Below are positions 16,447-24,747 of a stretch of DNA of 64,000 nt, one piece after another (within the stretch, counting starts at the first letter, position 1; each line of letters opens with the position of its first letter). Source of the DNA: Candidatus Thorarchaeota archaeon (lineage in GTDB: Archaea; Asgardarchaeota; Thorarchaeia; Thorarchaeales; Thorarchaeaceae); the NCBI GenBank assembly GCA_011364905.1, contig RDNZ01000003.1:66255-130254 (forward strand), read 5' to 3'. The notes below the pieces were generated by a model that made no database searches, was not told the origin of the DNA, and saw only the letters and a list, made by a program, of their open reading frames with translations. Both the position numbers and the translations under genes were made by a program.

Positions 16447-16664
16447 ATGTTCTCAGGTTGTTGGTTCCATTTTTCCACAAAGGCTTCCATACATTTCTCA
16501 GTGCAAAATTGATACTCTCTGCCATCTAGTATCGTCTGAAAATTGCCTCCAGGTTTCATCCTACAATTGCACTCATCACATAGAAAATCGAGTTGATTGG
16601 CCCAAATGCAATGACTCATGACCGCTTTTCGAAGCTTCTTTATTTTGATTGTTTTTTCTTCCAC
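16443..16664 (-). CDS. TRASH/YHS-type metal-binding domain protein
   Basis: CDEC-x21-CTEKC fits the C-x2-C-x19-22-C-x3-C TRASH signature. 73 aa. Its 3' end overlaps the convergent methyltransferase gene by 4 nt. Confidence 0.6.
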   Translation of the reverse strand: MEEKTIKIKKLRKAVMSHCIWANQLDFLCDECNCRMKPGGNFQTILDGREYQFCTEKCMEAFVEKWNQQPENI

Positions 16665-16771
16665 GAGATCAGCCTCGATTCTTGATTATCTTGTTCGTGA
16701 GATATCGTTAAAAGAATTGCTCCAGAGAGTTTTATTGAATGTTTCACGGAAAGACATGAGGGTGCTTCAGC

Positions 16772-17272
16772 GTGCAATTAGACCTTACGGGGATATCGAC
16801 TATTGTGGGATTAGGCAGTGTAATCATTGGAATTATCGCCACGCTGCACTCCATACAACGATTTACTCGAGCAAGAAAGCTCGAGATATTTCTCGATTTC
16901 CACAAGAAGCTCTATGATCTTGATTTCATAAAAGACATTAACGAGATTCAAACGTATAGATGGAAGAATCCCGGCGAGTTCTTCAAAACATACGGCCCCG
17001 AAGCAGATCCGGATGCTTTTGCCAAGTTCACACGGGTTGGGTCGTACTTCGATGGATTAAGTACACTTGTTAAAAGAAAATTCATAGATTACGATTTTGT
17101 GCCAGAAACCACTGCAATCGCGCTAATTGCCTTCTGGGAGAAGTTTTCACCATATGCTGACGAATTCGCAACCATCTATCGTCGTCCGGGTTGTTGGGAC
17201 TCGATAAAATATCTGTATGATAAACTTCACAAGTTGGATCTGCCTGATCCTAACCGGACGGAGAATGCGTAG
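16772..17272 (+). CDS. Hypothetical N-terminally membrane-anchored protein
   Basis: 166-aa ORF (GTG start), one N-terminal TM (ISTIVGLGSVIIGIIATL) and a helical soluble part. Family not recognised with confidence. Confidence 0.5.
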   Translation: MQLDLTGISTIVGLGSVIIGIIATLHSIQRFTRARKLEIFLDFHKKLYDLDFIKDINEIQTYRWKNPGEFFKTYGPEADPDAFAKFTRVGSYFDGLSTLVKRKFIDYDFVPETTAIALIAFWEKFSPYADEFATIYRRPGCWDSIKYLYDKLHKLDLPDPNRTENA

Positions 17273-17277
17273 GCGGT

Positions 17278-18459
17278 TCAAACACTTCTACCAGTATCTG
17301 TATTGTATGCTCCGACAGATTTTGCCAGTTCAAGCACCTCATCTTGATGGGACAGCAAAGCACAAGGCAAATCGTGTGACTCCTGAATAAATCCGTTCTC
17401 TCTAATCTTTTTGAAAAGCGGACTTGCCAACCCTTGCTTCAGACTGGACTCCTTGAGGTTGTGTGTGGCGAGGTTTGACACAGGGCACGCTGTAAGATCT
17501 CCTGAGGGTGTGACGTGCACGAACCCTCTTCCTGCAGAAACACAACCACCGAAAAACTCCTCGTCATTTGGTGAATGAATAATGAAGATGGGATTGTTCT
17601 CTCGATATTGAAGTACAAAATCACGGAATTGTTCACGCTCTGGTATCGTTAGTATCTTGCCAGTTTCTGAACATGGTGAGATTGACTGTTTTGTGGATGC
17701 AGAAGCTTCTGGTGATGGAATATATTCAATAAATACGCCAATCCGAATCCCTCGATTGATCAGTTTATCGAGGTTCCTTGAGTTCATCCAGAATTCGACA
17801 TTCTCTCTTGTTATTGTGGCTGATATACCAGTGAGAATCCCAATACTCCAAAGATGCTTAAGCGATTCAATAGCTTTGGAGTGAACTCCATGGCCTCTCC
17901 TCGCATCTGTTGACTTCCTATCACCTTCTAGACTAACAACGATTGCTATGTTGGATGCTCTGCTTAACTTGCTAAAATCCGACTCTTTTATTGAAGTTCC
18001 ATTTGTGACAATCACGAAGAAAACGTCTTTGAATTCCAAACATAGGTCGACAATTCCGTCACAAAGGAATGGTTCACCACCTGCAATGACAAATCCGAAG
18101 ACACCGAGATACTTTGCTTCTGAAATTATTGATCTCCATTTCTGAAGGTTCAGATCACGAGATATCTTGTGAGTTTGCTCACTTCTTTCAAATGATGTCC
18201 GTCTAGATGCCGCATAACATCCACTGCAAACAAGATTGCAGGTTGAAGTCACACTAAGAATCATCACCGACGGGACTTGTAGTCCTCTTTCCCTATATTG
18301 AGCTCTTCTTTTCTCCGCCCATCGAAATGAACGTCCAAGATGAAAAACTGCGCGAAGATATCTTGGGTGTTTTACAACCCATGGGAGGAAGGTTCGAGTA
18401 AAGATTGGATCAATACTGTCAAGGATCCTTCGAAGGAATAGTTGATGGATGAATGTCAT
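17278..18459 (-). CDS. Radical SAM enzyme with C-terminal auxiliary Cys motif (SPASM/twitch-like)
   Basis: CNLVCSGC (Cx3Cx2C), GGEPF, C-terminal GGCVSAGRGFVHVTPSGDLTACP...C. Start placed at ATG 18459; the ORF stays open up to 18588. Confidence 0.85.
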   Translation of the reverse strand: MTFIHQLFLRRILDSIDPIFTRTFLPWVVKHPRYLRAVFHLGRSFRWAEKRRAQYRERGLQVPSVMILSVTSTCNLVCSGCYAASRRTSFERSEQTHKISRDLNLQKWRSIISEAKYLGVFGFVIAGGEPFLCDGIVDLCLEFKDVFFVIVTNGTSIKESDFSKLSRASNIAIVVSLEGDRKSTDARRGHGVHSKAIESLKHLWSIGILTGISATITRENVEFWMNSRNLDKLINRGIRIGVFIEYIPSPEASASTKQSISPCSETGKILTIPEREQFRDFVLQYRENNPIFIIHSPNDEEFFGGCVSAGRGFVHVTPSGDLTACPVSNLATHNLKESSLKQGLASPLFKKIRENGFIQESHDLPCALLSHQDEVLELAKSVGAYNTDTGRSV

Positions 18460-18625
18460 GCAGCTTCTCCTCAGCCTAACGCAAATCCTGTTACATGCAT
18501 CTGATTTATATAAATGTGACTTATATGACGAATCTATGGCTTCGCGTAGGAAGGACGGAAAGGAATCCGCAGTTAGGACAAACGTCACATGTGACTTTGA
18601 TTGTGTTGAATATTCGCCAGAGCGA

Positions 18626-18919
18626 ATGGAGGTCCTTCAAAAGAACCGAAGTCTGTTAAGTGAGTCGGACTTCAGTATCTTCACGTCTGGCATCAGGTTG
18701 GGAATTGCACTTATGTTGACGACTATAGAATCTGCATGTGTCTGCGAGATTCAATATGCACTCAACGAGTCAAGACAGCCCCTTATTTCGCATCATCTGC
18801 GAACAATGAAGAAAGCAGGCTGGTTATCCAGTGAGAAATGGAAGAAGTGGACATTCTACAGCTTGGTTCCAGAGAAGAAAGAAGCGATGATGTCATTGAT
18901 GAAAGGTTATGCCCAATAG
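18626..18919 (+). CDS. ArsR/SmtB-family transcriptional regulator
   Basis: wHTH CVCEIQYALNESRQPLISHHLRTMKKAGWL with a CVC motif. 98 aa from ATG 18626; the longer ORF from 18449 would overlap the divergent radical SAM gene. Confidence 0.8.
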   Translation: MEVLQKNRSLLSESDFSIFTSGIRLGIALMLTTIESACVCEIQYALNESRQPLISHHLRTMKKAGWLSSEKWKKWTFYSLVPEKKEAMMSLMKGYAQ

Positions 18920-18951
18920 TCTGACGAGGAAGAATGGATGGTGATTAAAAC

Positions 18952-19599
18952 GTGTTTAGCGAATGGGACGAACATATACTTCAAAATGCTAAGAACTTTG
19001 AAGACTGGAGATCTGCAAAGACTATTCCTGTAAACGTGGAATTGAAAGGGGCGCAAAAGATTCTCCATCTTGATCAAGCAATCAGCTATCTTGAGAAAGC
19101 TGAGCATATCTACAGGTTGCATTGCATGTGTCGGTCCATGATAAAAAAGTGCGATGCACCTACGGATACATGTATTGCATGGGACAGCGCAAAGGGACTC
19201 CTAGATGAAGAACTATACAAACATGCAGGTACAAGAGAAATCACGAAAGAGGAAGCTATTGAAACATTGAAGATGTCACACGATGCCGGACTAGTTCATA
19301 TGGCCTATGCGATGCGTGATGATGACGTAAACAGAATCTGCAGTTGTTGCTCGACCTGTTGTGCTGTCTTCACATCAGTTCTAAAGTACAAGATGTTTCC
19401 TGACCTTATTTCCTCTGATTACAGATCTGCTACGGATATGGATACCTGCGTTTCTTGTGGTACGTGTGCAGATAGATGCCATTTCGGAGTTCGTGAATTG
19501 ACTGATGACGGACTTCAAGTAGATGAAAACCGATGCTTTGGATGTGGTCTCTGTGTATCAACATGTCCTGAACAGGCTATTAGTCTAGTTAAGAAATAA
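18952..19599 (+). CDS. Fe-S cluster protein with 2x[4Fe-4S] ferredoxin domain and extra Cys clusters
   Basis: CVSCGTCADRC and CFGCGLCVSTCP motifs plus HCMCRS...C...C and CSCCSTCC clusters. Confidence 0.75.
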   Translation: MFSEWDEHILQNAKNFEDWRSAKTIPVNVELKGAQKILHLDQAISYLEKAEHIYRLHCMCRSMIKKCDAPTDTCIAWDSAKGLLDEELYKHAGTREITKEEAIETLKMSHDAGLVHMAYAMRDDDVNRICSCCSTCCAVFTSVLKYKMFPDLISSDYRSATDMDTCVSCGTCADRCHFGVRELTDDGLQVDENRCFGCGLCVSTCPEQAISLVKK

Positions 19600-19713
19600 G
19601 TATGGGCAAGTCGAAAGAGATTTAACTATGGTTAATAACAAGACGGAACATGACCACAGGGAAGGTCTTTTATCATTCACCCATTGGATAAAACCTGAGT
19701 TCATGAATCAGAG

Positions 19714-20907
19714 ATGACTGAGATGCACAGAGAAATGGCCAAAGGCGTCTATTATGTTGGTGTTGACGACCACCATACCGAGCTGTTCGAGAATTTATGG
19801 AAGATACCATTTGGAGTATCCTACAATAGCTACTTGATAGTTGATGAAAAAACCGCACTCATTGAAACGGTAAAGGACCCATGGTCCAAGGAATGGCTAG
19901 ATAACATAGGCGAGATTATTGATCCCAAAGACATAGACTACATCATACTAAACCACATGGAGCCTGACCATACAAGCTCACTACCTGATATTGCAGAACT
20001 CGCTCCTAATGCAACACTAATCTTTACCGAACGAGCTTCTGATATGCAGAAATCTTTCTATGGGCTTTCATTGAAAGAGAAAGTCGTCGAAGATCTCGAG
20101 GAGTTATCTCTTGGAAACAAGACCCTGAAGTTCGTCCATACACCTTTTCTACACTGGCCTGAAACGATGATGACTTACATAATGGAGGATGAAGTTCTCT
20201 TTTCATGCGATGCATTTGGTACATTTGGGGCATTGAATGGGAAAGTCTTCGATGATGAGATTGATATGCGAATGGTCGAGTCCGAGAGTAGAAGATACTT
20301 GTCTTCAATCATAACTACCTATTTCAAATTCGTACAGAGAGGAATTGCTAAGATAAAGGACTTGGGCATCGGTGTCAAGATGGTGGCCCCAAGTCATGGT
20401 CCCATCTTCCGAAAGGATCCTATGTGGATTGTGAACAAGTATGACGAATGGACTCATCCAGAACTGGAGAAATATGTCACTATTGTGTATGGCTCGATGT
20501 ACGGCTTTACACATCGACTGGCTCTGAAGCTAAAGAGCGAGCTGCTGAAATTAGGCGTCGAAGTTAAAATTCATAATATATCATACACTGACATGAGTAC
20601 GGTTCTTGTTGATGCAGTGCGCCCGTCAGTTCTTGTTGTAGGAGCCCCCACCTATGATGCGCACCCATTTCCCAAGATTTGGACATTTGCTAATGAGGTT
20701 CAAGGAAAACGAATCCCGGTGAAAAAAGTAGCACTCTTCGGAACTTATGGCTGGGGCGGTGGAGGAGTCAAAAAGCTTCAAAAAATGTTTGAGGAAATGA
20801 AGTTTGAGATTCTAGAACCCGTGATAAGGGTCAAAGCAAGACCCTCTGAAGAGGAATCACAGCAAATCGTAGCTCTCGCAAAGAACATTGCGGAGCACGT
20901 AAAATAG
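19714..20907 (+). CDS. fprA: Flavodiiron protein (FprA-type O2/NO reductase)
   Basis: Metallo-beta-lactamase-like di-iron motif NHMEPDHTSS, followed by a flavodoxin-like domain (VTIVYGSMYGFT). Confidence 0.9.
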   Translation: MTEMHREMAKGVYYVGVDDHHTELFENLWKIPFGVSYNSYLIVDEKTALIETVKDPWSKEWLDNIGEIIDPKDIDYIILNHMEPDHTSSLPDIAELAPNATLIFTERASDMQKSFYGLSLKEKVVEDLEELSLGNKTLKFVHTPFLHWPETMMTYIMEDEVLFSCDAFGTFGALNGKVFDDEIDMRMVESESRRYLSSIITTYFKFVQRGIAKIKDLGIGVKMVAPSHGPIFRKDPMWIVNKYDEWTHPELEKYVTIVYGSMYGFTHRLALKLKSELLKLGVEVKIHNISYTDMSTVLVDAVRPSVLVVGAPTYDAHPFPKIWTFANEVQGKRIPVKKVALFGTYGWGGGGVKKLQKMFEEMKFEILEPVIRVKARPSEEESQQIVALAKNIAEHVK

Positions 20908-21028
20908 GGTAGATTGAAGTTAGTCTTGTCTAACCGCACTCTTATTAATATTGTACAATTGATTGCAATATTGTCGCTTAGGCGCATAGAGTAGTGGAGA
21001 ATATACTCCACTGAGAGAGTTGAGTAAA

Positions 21029-21616
21029 ATGGATCTAAAGGGAACACAAACTGAGAAGAATTTGCTGACTTCTTTTGCAGGAGAGTCCCAAGCTCGTAAC
21101 AGATATACGATTGCAGCAAAGACTGCCAAGAAGGAGGGATATCCTCACATTGCGGCGATCTTTGAAGAGACTGCTGGTCATGAGCTTGAACACGCAAAGC
21201 GCTTCTTCACGACTCTGAAGGAAGGTGGAGCAACAGAGGCAATCAAGATTGAATGGACCTTCCCAACCAGTGGCGTGTACGAAGACACTGAGTCAAACCT
21301 CAGACATGCAGCTGCTGGCGAGAAGTTCGAATTCAGTGAGATGTATCCAGGATTTGCTGACATCGCTGACAAAGAAGGTTTCAAGAAAGCTGCAGTCTTG
21401 TGGCGCATGATTGCGAGGGTTGAAACATGGCACCATGAACGCTACACAGCCTTGGCTGAACAGATCAATGATGGTACGATGTTCAAGAAGAAAGAGAAGG
21501 TCAAGTGGCGATGCAGTAATTGTGGATATATCCATGAAGGGGTAAGTCCACCTGAAAAGTGTCCTGCTTGTCAACACGATAAGAGCTACTTCATGCTACA
21601 CTTTTCTGAGTACTAG
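21029..21616 (+). CDS. rbr: Rubrerythrin
   Basis: GTQTEKNLLTSFAGESQARNRY, ExxH di-iron motifs (GHELEHAKRF, ETWHHERY) and C-terminal rubredoxin-like CSNCG...CPAC. ATG 21029 preferred over TTG 21020. Confidence 0.9.
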   Translation: MDLKGTQTEKNLLTSFAGESQARNRYTIAAKTAKKEGYPHIAAIFEETAGHELEHAKRFFTTLKEGGATEAIKIEWTFPTSGVYEDTESNLRHAAAGEKFEFSEMYPGFADIADKEGFKKAAVLWRMIARVETWHHERYTALAEQINDGTMFKKKEKVKWRCSNCGYIHEGVSPPEKCPACQHDKSYFMLHFSEY

Positions 21617-21627
21617 TTCTACTATTG

Positions 21628-21665
21628 CCTTGGTCACAACCAGACCAAGGTACTTTCTGTTTTTG
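21628..21665 (+). terminator. Hairpin plus T-run after rbr
   Basis: CCTTGGTC acaacca GACCAAGG (8-bp stem) followed by TACTTTCTGTTTTTG, 12 nt after the rbr stop. Confidence 0.6.
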
Positions 21666-21690
21666 ATTAATGGGGTTTTGGAAACACCCA

Positions 21691-22047
21691 TCATCTAAGT
21701 GCTCCTCTGTCTACCCTTTGATTAATCAGGTCAACCATTTGTTGAGCTGGGGCCAAACGACAATGATATCGTATAGTGTGTTGTCCATCGTGTGCTGTAA
21801 AATCTACACGAAGGTATACACCCACAGTTCCAGCAGGCTCCAGAGCAACATTATCAATCATACTCATGTCGATTGCGTGGTCTGTCGTTTGCTTGGGACC
21901 AAGGAATCCTCCTCCTATAGCAAAAACCAAACGCATCTGTGTGAGTATTAGTTTTCCCTTGGTGGATCCACCAGTGTCGCGATGAATGCTGACCTCATCA
22001 TGTACAAGAATTTGTTCACCCGGCTGAATTTCATCGAAGGTTACCAT
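21691..22047 (-). CDS. Small PH/GRAM-like domain protein (tentative)
   Basis: 118 aa. The GKLILTQMRLVF core and overall beta-rich pattern with a C-terminal helix resemble bacterial-PH/GRAM/GLUE-type domains. Assignment is by eye only. Confidence 0.4.
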   Translation of the reverse strand: MVTFDEIQPGEQILVHDEVSIHRDTGGSTKGKLILTQMRLVFAIGGGFLGPKQTTDHAIDMSMIDNVALEPAGTVGVYLRVDFTAHDGQHTIRYHCRLAPAQQMVDLINQRVDRGALR

Positions 22048-22223
22048 GAATACCCCTCAATCGAGATTCACCTCTGAACGATTTATCAATTTCGAACTGG
22101 TCTGCGTCTACAAGAAGAGCATGAAATGGACTGACGTTGTTCGATTCACTTCCTTTCTCTTGGTTGAACCCGACTTGCGATAGACTCAAATTCGGGATAG
22201 AGTCTTGTCGCCATGTGACTACA

Positions 22224-23255
22224 ATGAAGAGTCTGTACGGACGCGATTTGATTACAACTCAAGATTGGAGTGTTGAAGAGCTAGAGAGGACATTGGATCT
22301 CTCATTCGAGTTCAAGGCTAACCGTTATGATCATCCATTGAACAACTGCCTTGATAGAAGGACGTTCTTTATGTTCTTCTACAACCCGAGTGTTAGAACT
22401 CGGCAGTCCTTTGAAGCGGCGGCTACTGAGCTTGGTGGCCACGCACAATTTCTGGAGCCAAAGACAATGCGACTCAAGTCTGGAAAGTCTGCTGGTGAAA
22501 CAGTTGAAGATGCTGCTCAGGTGATGAGTCGATATGCTGTAGGAATCGGTATTAGGATTCTAGAAACCGCGATAGAGCACTACGGGCAGGGTGATGAGCT
22601 CCTGAGACAGTATGCTGACAACGCTAGCGTTCCCATTGTTTCAATGGCTCATGATAGATTCCACCCTTGTCAGGGACTTGCTGACGTAATGGGCTATCGA
22701 CAACATGCTGGAACGAACCTCAAGGGCAAGAAGATACTCCAAGTTTGGGGTAAAGGCGCTCTTGTTCGATCTTGGTGTAGTGTGCAGGAAAGTATCCTCA
22801 TCAACTCGCGACTTGGAATGGATGTTACACTTGCTTATCCTCCAGGTTATGATCTTGATCCTGAGGTCATTAAATGGTGTGAGGAAAACGCTGAAACTGC
22901 TGACAGTACCTTCGAGATAGTCCACGACCTTGAAGATGGTTACAAGAACGCTGATATCGTCTATTCGCGAAACTGGATGACTGCAGGATTCTACGAGGAT
23001 ATGGTGAAGCGTGGAATTGATGAAGCAAAGAAGAATGAGATCGAGATAGCTGCAAAGTACGATGACTGGATCACAACCAAGGACTGGATGTCAAAGACTA
23101 ACAATGCTTTCTTTACACATTGTGGTCCAGTAGACAGGAATGCAGAGGTCACAGATGAGGTATGTGATGGTTCTAGATCGATTGTCTATGATGTAGCTGA
23201 GAACAGACTTCATGTCCAGAAAGCAATCATGGCGCTGACGATGGGAAAACAATAA
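22224..23255 (+). CDS. Carbamoyltransferase paralogue with variant motifs
   Basis: SVRTR, HPCQGLAD, HCGP (variant of HCLP), ENRLHVQKAIMALTM. Clear paralogue of 6049-7095. Start at ATG 22224 (MKSLYGRDLIT). Confidence 0.75.
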   Translation: MKSLYGRDLITTQDWSVEELERTLDLSFEFKANRYDHPLNNCLDRRTFFMFFYNPSVRTRQSFEAAATELGGHAQFLEPKTMRLKSGKSAGETVEDAAQVMSRYAVGIGIRILETAIEHYGQGDELLRQYADNASVPIVSMAHDRFHPCQGLADVMGYRQHAGTNLKGKKILQVWGKGALVRSWCSVQESILINSRLGMDVTLAYPPGYDLDPEVIKWCEENAETADSTFEIVHDLEDGYKNADIVYSRNWMTAGFYEDMVKRGIDEAKKNEIEIAAKYDDWITTKDWMSKTNNAFFTHCGPVDRNAEVTDEVCDGSRSIVYDVAENRLHVQKAIMALTMGKQ

Positions 23256-23555
23256 GGCAGATGGTTTATTCCTCGTAAGACATAGGCGGCCCTACTCAAT
23301 GATGAGTAGCGTTGTCGTCATTTCGATGCCCCCTCTCTCAGACCGCATTCTAGCTAGCCCACCGCTCATTTCTATGAGGCGGAAGAATATTATTTGAGTA
23401 GTGATAGTCTGCATTGTAACTTGTCAGAGCTGGGAGGACATACATAAAAAGAAGGATGCGGGACTGTTCAAATGGTTGCTTGCGCATTTGCCATAGCGAA
23501 TCACGTCACCTTAAACGGAACCCATCAACGCTCAGACTTGCGATAGGAAAACTCC

Positions 23556-23577
23556 GTGGGTGCCATAAGGCGCCCAC
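23556..23577. terminator. Hairpin next to the 3' end of the orphan ABC ATPase gene
   Basis: GTGGGTGCC ataa GGCGCCCAC: 9 pairs with one G-U on the plus-strand RNA, an A-C mismatch on the minus-strand RNA. T-rich sequence follows on both sides. Confidence 0.35.
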
Positions 23578-23580
23578 ACT

Positions 23581-24666
23581 TTATTCTTGTTCAATCTCTC
23601 CCCATCTGTGACACCGTATGAAGTGGTCTGGTTCAACTTCTCTATATTCTGGTACAGCTTCCAGACAAATATCAACCGCATATCGACAGCGAGGATGAAA
23701 AGGGCAGCCACTCGGAATATCACAGAGGTCAGGTGGATCTCCAGGGATTCCACGGAGTCTTGGTTTCTTTCCTGCACGCATCTGCATCATGGCGATGGTT
23801 GGGAAACTCGTCATCAATCCCATGGTGTAAGGATGCTGTGGTTCATGGAATATTTTCACGGCATTAGCGTACTCGACTACCTTTCCAGCATACATGATAG
23901 CAACTCTATCCGCCATCTCAGCAATAACTCCAGCATCGTGACTGATTAACAATAATGAAACATCAAATTCGTCCCGAACCATTTTCAGTACATTTATGAT
24001 TTGAGCCTGAACAGTCACATCAAGCGCAGTCGTTGGCTCATCAGCTATCACAAGATAGGGTCCTCCTATTAGTGCCATTGCGATGAGAATCCGTTGTGAC
24101 TCCCCACCACTGAAGCTCCCTGGATCCAAGACAAACCGGAGGTTGGCATCTGCAAGTTGAACAAGACCAAGATATTCCAGGACTTTTCTCTTTAGCTCAA
24201 GTAATCTGATGTTCTCATCATGCACTTCCACTGATTCAGCAGTCTGATGGCCAATGCTATGTTGGGGATTGAGTGCATGACCAAGCCCTTGAGGAATAAG
24301 TGATATCTCCCGACCTCGAATAGCAACCAATTCATCTGACGGGAGTTTTGTAAGGTCTTTGCCTCTGAAGACAACACTCCCTTGAACTCCTGGTCTCTCC
24401 TGTGTTCCTCGAATGCCCTTATCGAATGTCTTCAGAAGCTCAGGATCATTTGATGCTCCAGCGCTAAACCGAGCCATCTTCTCAAAAAGGCCTATTATAG
24501 CAAGAGCCATACTACTCTTTCCTGAGCCGCTTTCACCAAGAAGACCTACGCACTCCCCCTCTCGAATCTCCAGGGATACGTCATCAACAGCTCGAACAAG
24601 ACCTTTTTTTGATGCATAGTATGCTTTCAGGTTTTTTAGAACAAGTAACGGATCACCCTTGGTCAT
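23581..24666 (-). CDS. Orphan OppD/DppD-like ABC ATPase with insert after the P-loop helix
   Basis: Walker A GESGSGKSS, signature-like FSGGESQR, Walker B VIADEPTTALD, H-loop ISHD, oligopeptide-type C-terminal CPFHPRC domain. Extra segment FEKMARFSAGASNDPELLKTFDKGIRG. Confidence 0.88.
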   Translation of the reverse strand: MTKGDPLLVLKNLKAYYASKKGLVRAVDDVSLEIREGECVGLLGESGSGKSSMALAIIGLFEKMARFSAGASNDPELLKTFDKGIRGTQERPGVQGSVVFRGKDLTKLPSDELVAIRGREISLIPQGLGHALNPQHSIGHQTAESVEVHDENIRLLELKRKVLEYLGLVQLADANLRFVLDPGSFSGGESQRILIAMALIGGPYLVIADEPTTALDVTVQAQIINVLKMVRDEFDVSLLLISHDAGVIAEMADRVAIMYAGKVVEYANAVKIFHEPQHPYTMGLMTSFPTIAMMQMRAGKKPRLRGIPGDPPDLCDIPSGCPFHPRCRYAVDICLEAVPEYREVEPDHFIRCHRWGEIEQE

Positions 24667-24747
24667 ACTTACACCACCAAGAAACTAAAATGTCCGACTA
24701 ATAAAGCGTATCTAACGAGCACGGACTTCAAGTTCGTCTATGAAGTA

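Noticed and set aside
23296-23340. ATGATGA (C-box-like) sequence suggesting a C/D box sRNA in the long spacer
   Set aside because: The ATGATGA is simply the loop and 3' arm of a perfect hairpin (CTACTCA-atga-TGAGTAG). No proper D box (CTGA) or C'/D' set occurs at the right spacing, and there is no terminal stem.
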